This document shows positions 21,891 to 28,785 of a stretch of DNA of 28,785 nt, piece after piece. Origin of the DNA: Octopus sinensis (taxonomy: Eukaryota); assembly GCF_006345805.1 (NCBI RefSeq), contig NW_021834136.1, positions 1 to 28,785 on the forward strand. Reading direction: 5' to 3'. A model generated the notes under the pieces. It saw only the letters and a list, made by a program, of their open reading frames with translations. It did no database searches and had not been told where the DNA came from. Every line of letters begins with the position of its first letter. The stretch's first letter is position 1. Made by a program: the position numbers and the translations under genes.

Positions 21891-21891
<1 letters not shown>

Positions 21892-22523
21892 CTATGGTTG
21901 CAGAACAAACAAATACAAGGTCATCCACGTAACATTTCATATCTCGAACATTTAATCACATAATGCTTTTTCTTTCACATAGAATATACATGTATAACAT
22001 CACGGAAGATGAAACACAACCCATCAATACAAGCATATAAGAAAAATGTGTGAATACAGTCCATCGTGGTTAAAAGTTAATGATTAATACTGTAGCGACT
22101 AAAAAAATATATATTTTAACATTACAACATCTAGAATAATAAATACATAAAAATATAAAGAAATATATAAATATATAGATATATAAAAAGATATAAAAAT
22201 ACATATATATAGAAAACATATAAATAAATGATATATAAGGTAAGATAAAAGTTCATCGTTTAAAAATTTTTTCGATTAAAAATTTTTTTCAAGATAAGGG
22301 AAACCTATTGTTAAAAGCCAGTGTCCAAGCAAAAAAGAAGAAACCATATTTAACCGCGATGGTTAAATGTTTCTTATATGCTTGTATTGATGGGTTGTGT
22401 TTCATCTTCCGTGATTTTATGCATGTATATTCTATGAGAAAGAAAAAGCATTATGTGATTAAATGTTCGAGAAATGAAATGTTACGTGGCTGACCTTATA
22501 TTTGTTTGTTCTGCAACCATAGT
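21891..22523. mobile_element. MITE-like element with long (~155-bp) terminal inverted repeats
   Basis: 21886-22044 matches the reverse complement of 22370-22528 with 6 mismatches in 159 nt. Termini read TTAA|ACTATGGTTGCAG...CTGCAACCATAGT|TTAA (a TA TSD is equally possible). No coding capacity seen. Confidence 0.75.
22106..22284. repeat. 179-bp inverted repeat, arm 2 (partner 21017-21195), inside the MITE-like element
   Basis: 177/179 identity to the reverse complement of 21017-21195. Confidence 0.95.
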
Positions 22524-22611
22524 TTAATATATTTGTCTCATTTAATTGAGCACTTCTATAGCAGTTCTATTAAACATTTTGTTCCTGATAAGAAACAATC
22601 TCTTTAAATTG

Positions 22612-22622
<11 letters not shown>

Positions 22623-22662
<40 letters not shown>

Positions 22663-22672
22663 GTGGGTGTGT

Positions 22673-22753
<81 letters not shown>

Positions 22754-22762
22754 TGTGTGTGT
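22623..22762. repeat. (GT)n microsatellite
   Basis: Direct inspection. Confidence 0.95.
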
Positions 22763-22843
22763 ATATTATTATTTATAAGGATATCTGGCTTAGCATATGC
22801 AGAAAAACCCAGAAAGGTAAAAATTATCAATTAATATAGTTAA

Positions 22844-23286
22844 GGGTACTGAAAGGCGGTAACCGCATGCTAACATAGGATTTATGGGTGCGTTTTTTTT
22901 TTACGCATGCTAGGCCACTGATATCAGTATAAACAATAATATCCTCATATATATTTAAATAATTTTTATTCAATTCGATTACTTTTAAAATTTAAAGCTG
23001 CGGCTTTAAAAACGGTCATCGCACACATTGGTTGAGATGAATAAACTGTACAACACTGGGGTCAGTAAAAACCCAGTGAGAATGAACTAAGAGTATTTCT
23101 CAAAGTTCGAAATTGAAGTGGTACCGGTATGTCTGACTTTTTCAGTTTTCGATTATCTTCGTCATTGGCACGGGGTCTTAGGGCTTTTATTCATTTGCCC
23201 GCTTTCACCTTTCTGTTTAATTGAGATCTTGTGGTTTGGTCATTTTGACTGCAATGTTAGCATGCGGGTATTGCCTATCAGTACCC
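22844..23286. mobile_element. 443-bp MITE with 33-bp TIRs and TTAA flanks (Kolobok/T2-like termini)
   Basis: TTAA (22840-22843) | GGGTACTGAAAGGCGGTAACCGCATGCTAACAT ... ATGTTAGCATGCGGGTATTGCCTATCAGTACCC | TTAA (23287-23290). The TIRs match at 29/33. Purine-starting ends with TTAA fit Kolobok rather than piggyBac (CCC...GGG). Confidence 0.8.
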
Positions 23287-23329
23287 TTAATTATTAATAT
23301 ATATTTACATGTGTATATATGTATGTATG

Positions 23330-23457
23330 TGCTTGTGTGTGTTTGCATGTATGTATGTATGTATGTATGTATGTATGTATGCATGTATGCATGTATTTAT
23401 GGATGGATGGGTGAATGGATGGATGGATGGATGGATGGATGGATGGATGGATGGATG
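23330..23457. repeat. Compound (ATGT)n(ATGG)n microsatellite
   Basis: Direct inspection. Confidence 0.95.
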
Positions 23458-23469
23458 CGAGCGTATGAA

Positions 23470-23770
23470 AATCCAGTTTTGTTTTCAAGACACCGACATC
23501 CGCCGCGTGTAGTTCTGTCAGCATTTTGGAGACGATATCGAAGAGTTGTTGTGGGTTCTTGAAACACAAACTTTTCTAGTATCTGCCCCGTATCCTGGTG
23601 GCCAATTTGGGATGTTTGGCAGTATGGAGTGCTGCCCCGTGGTGTTGCTTGTGCGACTTCCAATATCAAATTTTGGCACATATCCTTCTAGTATTTTCCA
23701 GACATCTGTCAATGAATATCTCCTTCGTTCTACGGAGTTGAGCCTTAATCTTTTCAGTTCTCCCAGTGTA
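23470..23770 (-). mobile_element. CR1/L2-type LINE 3' fragment related to 15480-16320
   Basis: Minus strand LRLNSVERRRYSLTDVWKILEGYVPKFDIG parallels LRLYSMERRW...VWNILEGLVPNFG of the other copy. Confidence 0.8.
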
Positions 23771-23804
23771 TAAAGAGTGCAAACATATTTGCGTGTATAT
23801 ATAC

Positions 23805-23867
<63 letters not shown>

Positions 23868-24359
23868 CATATGATGAACAGTATATGTTACTTACAAAGA
23901 ATTATATTATATCAGATTTTCTGAAAGTTTCTTTCTCCATTTCTTCTTAAGTTTTGTTTATTTCCTCATCTAATCTCACTTATTTATTTACTCAACTCTC
24001 TAGAATTCTCTTTATTTATACGAAACATTTTGCTTACTTTTTATTCCTCGCATCTGTTGTTGTTCTTCGCTTAAAATCTTCTTCGTCTAGACTTTTGTTT
24101 GAATATATATATATATTCTTTCTGTGTGCGTTACATCTTTTCAAACATTTAAATGTAGTTATTGCTTTTTATGCTCGTTCCATTTCATCCTTTACGAAAC
24201 TCATTACTTCTTTATTTCAAACTGTGTGTATACATACATACATACATACATACATACATACATACAGATAGATAGATACGTATATATATACATGATTATA
24301 TGTGTTTTATGTAAACCTACACACTTATATATATGTATAATTACATATATATTTAGTAT

Positions 24360-24429
<70 letters not shown>

Positions 24430-25134
24430 CTATATTGTATTTTATAAATGTATATCTAATATATACATGCATGTATATACACATGCTCATATTAACTTAC
24501 ATACAAACATGTATCCAAATGTAGAAGATTGACAAATGAATTCAATATTATTGTAAGTAAATCTACATCCATTCTATCATTGTGTCCTCGTACAAAATTA
24601 CTTTGCTGAAATATTCACGTTATTTATTTATCATTTTTTGTCATGCAAATTAGCAAAATATAAAAAGTAGAAAAAAAAAAAGAAACCGCTCTTTGAATAG
24701 TTATCGTAGCTCTCCAAGAAAACAAACGAGAAACCGCCTCGTAACATGGAAGAAAAAATGGGGAAAATAATATGATGCTGTAACGTTATATTTTGAGATT
24801 AAATAAGAAAATAATTGTATTATTAACTGATTTTGCTTTAGCAACTACTAAACCGAGGATTACAGTTCTGTTTAGCTCCGTATATAATTTCCATAGCTTT
24901 CGTAAATTCGTTACAAGAAAATAAGATTGAATCTACTATCTTCTTAGCGAATAAACAATAAATTTTTTTTTATGTCATTTTTTCTTTTGTTATTTCTTTT
25001 TTGCGTTGTTGTACACGGATGTTAAAAAATATCTTTTGTATATATAAAATAGGAGCCACAAAAACAAGAAACTGTATACTTGTGTGTTGACTAAGACTCC
25101 GTTTTACACCCACACGTGTGTGTGTATGTCAGAA

Positions 25135-25365
25135 AAACGATCAAAGGTCCCTCCCGAGCCATAAGACCGGTTTCCTGCATTCTGTGGGGTATACATACTC
25201 ATCACCCTGGACGTGACGCCAGTCCGCCGCAAGAATACTCATTTTAGCCTGCTGAGTGAATTGGATCAACATAAAATTAAATATTTTGCCCAAGAACTCA
25301 ACTCATCTTCCTGTTCAGGAAACGAAATTGCCGTCTTATTATCATGATTGCAAAACTCTAACCAT
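25135..25365 (-). mobile_element. Decayed tRNA-derived SINE (antisense, further family)
   Basis: Reverse complement gives TGGTTAGAGTTTTGCAATCATGAT...TTTCGTTTCCTGAAC (A/B-box-like head), then CTTGGGCAAAATATTT...CCAATTCACTCAGCAGGCTAAAATGAGTA. Confidence 0.65.
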
Positions 25366-26756
25366 GTCTACATACACATACATACACAAAAACATATGTA
25401 TAGCCTTCAAAAATCAGACAGCTTACACATGAGTAATTTCTTCGCTATTTCAGCTCTTTCTAATCATTGAACATTATTCCGAAACTAACTGAAGAAGAAA
25501 CGAATGTCATAACCTTCAAATAATATCTATAACGTCCTAAAATAAATACCAGACATCCAAATACCAAAATTCATATATCTCCAAGACCAGCTAATACACT
25601 CATCCCTTCTTTCGTCAGGCGTGTTGTGTCTATTATCCAAATTCCTTATTAAGCAATTTTCTCAATTTGTTCGTAAGTCCTCGAGCGCCAAAATTAAAAG
25701 AAGTAACATTAATGCAGAAAAATTACACTCCTTTTGCTAGTACTATTTCTTGGAAGTATCGATTCGCAAATGCACCGATCAACGTAATATTGGGGGTCCT
25801 TCGAAGGTCACAAACTCGTCCTGTTTATTCTAACGAACCTTTTTGAAAATATCTGAACACCTGGTCATTGCTGTCGTCTGGATCTCGGACAACTCAGATT
25901 AGTTTTATGATCGAAAACCTTCCAGCTATGACTACACCACCATTATTATAGAAGTAGTAGACTACATTGTTTATGTTAAATTTATTGGAGACGGATTGCT
26001 TGATTTTAAAGAAATTTGGCTACTGTTTCTTGCAAGTCCAGCGACGAGATCGAACCTCACTCATGGACTGTTTCAATGCTAATTCATTTAAGAATTGATA
26101 AACACTTCTTCCTATAGAAAATAAAGGGGTTTGTCCCGACGCAGACAGAAATATATATCATGTATATTTTCATGTTTTTCAATATTTCATAAAGAGTAAG
26201 CTCTTGGAGAACGAGAATCATTCTGTTAGCTGCATGCATCTTCAAGAAATCCTCGTTTATTCTATGATAATAAGTATTCAGTCATAATACACGCCATACC
26301 CTACAGGCAAGCCAGGAGTTCACATCTGTTGGGAGACATAGAAGAAATGGACTTTACGTAAAGCATGACACCTCAGAATGATGAATAGCTTAAGTAAATT
26401 GAACTATGTTGAAATGACAAATGAATACTAACCTGGTGACATGCAAGATGAGAAGATTGCGTGGAAATTTCATCAAGATGTTTCGAATTCTGATGTTACG
26501 TGCGAACTTGAATTATACAAAATGCTTTAGATCACCAAATATATTGTACATCTACTAAATCTACCGAGATTTACTAAGATTGGGAAAAAAAGGAAGTATG
26601 TGTATGATGAAAAAAATAAGTTGATGTAACTCTGTACATTGCAGATAAAAAGACTTTATGATTTGGTGAAGAGTAGGACAGTAGTAGAAACTTCCAAGTC
26701 GGAGTGAACTGAGTTCAAGTACGTAATAAGGGTGTGTAGTATTACAATGGGTCACA

Positions 26757-26790
<34 letters not shown>

Positions 26791-26834
26791 TGTGCATGCA
26801 TCATACACATACGTACATGTTTTTAAAGTATTTT

Positions 26835-27268
26835 TGTGTTAAGTAGCTTGGAGGTATGATTTCGTTACGGGTTCAGTCCCATTGCGTGGCACCTTAGGCA
26901 AGTATCTTCTACTATAGCCACGGGCCGACCAAAGTCTTGGGAGTGGATTTGGTAGACGGAAACTGAAAGAAGCCCGTCGTATATATGTATATATAGTATA
27001 TATATATATATGTGTGTGTGTGTGTGCGTGTGTGTGAGTGTGTGTGTGTGTGTGTGTGTGTTTTGTGTACGTTTGTGTCTTTGTTTGCCTCCCAACATCG
27101 CTTGACAACCGATGCTGCTGTGTTTACTCCCCGAAAGAAATCAATAGAATAAGTACTAGGCTTACAGAGAATAAGTCCTGGGGTCGATATGCTCGACTAA
27201 AGGTTGTGCTTCAGCATGGCCACACTCAAATGACTGAAACAAGTAAAAGAATAAAAGAGTAAAAGAGA
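26835..27268 (+). mobile_element. SINE family A copy
   Basis: GGGTTCAGTCCCATTGCGTGGCACCTTAGGCAAGTATCTTCTACTATAGCC...GAAAGAAGCCCGTCG, internal microsatellite, tail CAAATGACTGAAACAAGTAAAAGAATAAAAGAG. Confidence 0.92.
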
Positions 27269-27358
27269 GTCAGAAACATAGTTTCGTGGAAGAAACGTAT
27301 CAAACATGGATGATGCTCTCACACCTTGAACCTCTTTTGTAACTTTCTGCTGACTGAA

Positions 27359-27420
<62 letters not shown>

Positions 27421-27681
27421 TCTGTGTATCTGTGTCTGTGTGTGTGTGTGTGTCTGTGTCTGTGTGGTGTGTGTGTGTGTGTGTGTGTATGAAATTATTC
27501 ATATTTATTATAAATCTTTAGTTAAGTATGTTTAATGAGAATATTATCTACTGAATTTATATTGAGCTATATTGTATCAAAGTATTAGTACTATTAAAGT
27601 GGTTATATATTTAATACGAGCGATTATATATATATATATTATATATATATATATATATATATTAATAATATATTTTTATTA

Positions 27682-27754
<73 letters not shown>

Positions 27755-27805
27755 TATTATTATATATATATCACGGTATTTTTTCATAGCGTTTTTTAGA
27801 TGGCC

Positions 27806-27868
27806 AGATAACCGAAGAGATGGTGTTGTGGATTTCCACTTCGGCAGCTGAAACTCAGAGTTTTATCT
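27806..27868 (+). ncRNA. Degenerate type I hammerhead-ribozyme-like motif
   Basis: AGATAA-CCGAAGA-[31 nt]-GAAA-CTCAGAGT-T-TTATCT. Stem I is 6 Watson-Crick pairs and stem III is A-U/C-G/U-A, with a GUU cleavage triplet. The core has U4>C and the base of stem II is poorly paired. Confidence 0.45.
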
Positions 27869-28337
27869 TGACTTTTGAATAATTGTAACATATTATTTTA
27901 TAGATAAATTTCCTCTATTTACATAATATTGAAGTCTCTTTCTTTCTTTTGTTATCTTACCGTTTTTACCGATATATATATATATATATATTTTGTTTTA
28001 ATAATATATTATTATTAATATTATTATTAATTATCATATTTATTATTTCATAAGCAAGAATATTATTCACAGTGACATCGAAGTTTTAACCTGATACGTG
28101 TAGATATACAGAATTCTATTCACATTATCGGATTGCTGCTCACTTTTTTCCGGTCTAAAAGAATATTTTACCCGATTCTCTAAGGTGCCTCCACAACTGC
28201 TCTCCTGCGAGATCTCCCTCATTTCTAATACATATACAGAAGCGATGCAAAAGTAAGTATACAATTATGAAAAAAGAAAACACGTACTATACTACTTTTA
28301 TCAAAAAATTAATAAGTTGCGATAAAAGCATTATTAT

Positions 28338-28610
28338 AGTGGATTTGGTAGACGGAAACTGAAAGAAGCCCGTCGTATATGTGTGTATGTGTGAGAGAGA
28401 TTGTTTGTATGTCTGTGTTTGTCTCCCCACCATTGCTTGACAACCGATTCTGGTGTGTTAGCGTCCTCGTAACATACCACTTCGGCAAAAGAGACCGATA
28501 GAATAAGTACTAGGCTTACAAAGAATAAGTCCTGGGCTTGATTTGTTCGACTAAAGGCGGTGCTCCAGTATGGCTGCAGTCAAATGACGGCAACAAATAA
28601 AAAAATAAAA
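28338..28610 (+). mobile_element. SINE family A copy, 5'-truncated
   Basis: Starts at AGTGGATTTGGTAGACGGAAACTGAAAGAAGCCCGTCG and ends CGACTAAAGGCGGTGCTCCAGTATGGCTGCAGTCAAATGAC plus an A-rich tail. Confidence 0.92.
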
Positions 28611-28785
28611 CAATGGTTATGATAAATGTATTACTATGATTAATGACACTGAATATATAAACAACGAGGGTAAATTTTAATTTTTAAAAAAATATAATTA
28701 TATCAAACTCCACCCATCTAACACCCGTGGACATATTTACAAAGTAAGAAAACAGCACAGCTCCCATGACTTCAGGAAACTTTTT

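Noticed and set aside
25491-25515. CTGAAGA-A-GAAAC-GAAT-GTC hammerhead core look-alike
   Set aside because: There is no stem II and stem I cannot pair.
1707-27799. Numerous track ORFs made of YIYI, CVCV, HTHT, SIYL or homopolymer runs
   Set aside because: These are translations of microsatellites or SINE antisense strands, not genes.

Overview
AT-rich, microsatellite-dense eukaryotic non-coding DNA (intronic or intergenic). The SINE families and microsatellite style strongly suggest a coleoid cephalopod, most likely Octopus; this is recognition from memory, not a database result. I can support no intact protein-coding gene. Most ORFs in the supplied track are translations of (AT)n, (GT)n or (ATAG)n repeats or of repeat antisense strands. 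The window is a transposon mosaic: two mariner remnants, an internally deleted Chapaev3-type (CMC) element with a SINE nested near its terminus, a Helitron Rep/Hel N-terminal remnant with ~139-bp tandem repeats, three CR1/L2-type LINE remnants, about a dozen tRNA-derived SINE copies, and two TTAA-flanked MITE-like elements. The most notable observations are three degenerate type I hammerhead-ribozyme-like motifs in unrelated contexts, interleaved long inverted repeats at 21.0-22.5 kb (including a 179-bp, 99%-identical inverted copy inserted into an old SINE), a head-to-head SINE pair that could form an ADAR substrate, a TTAA-punctuated (GT)n higher-order array, and a few isolated candidate exons, one with its splice donor inside a perfect hairpin.
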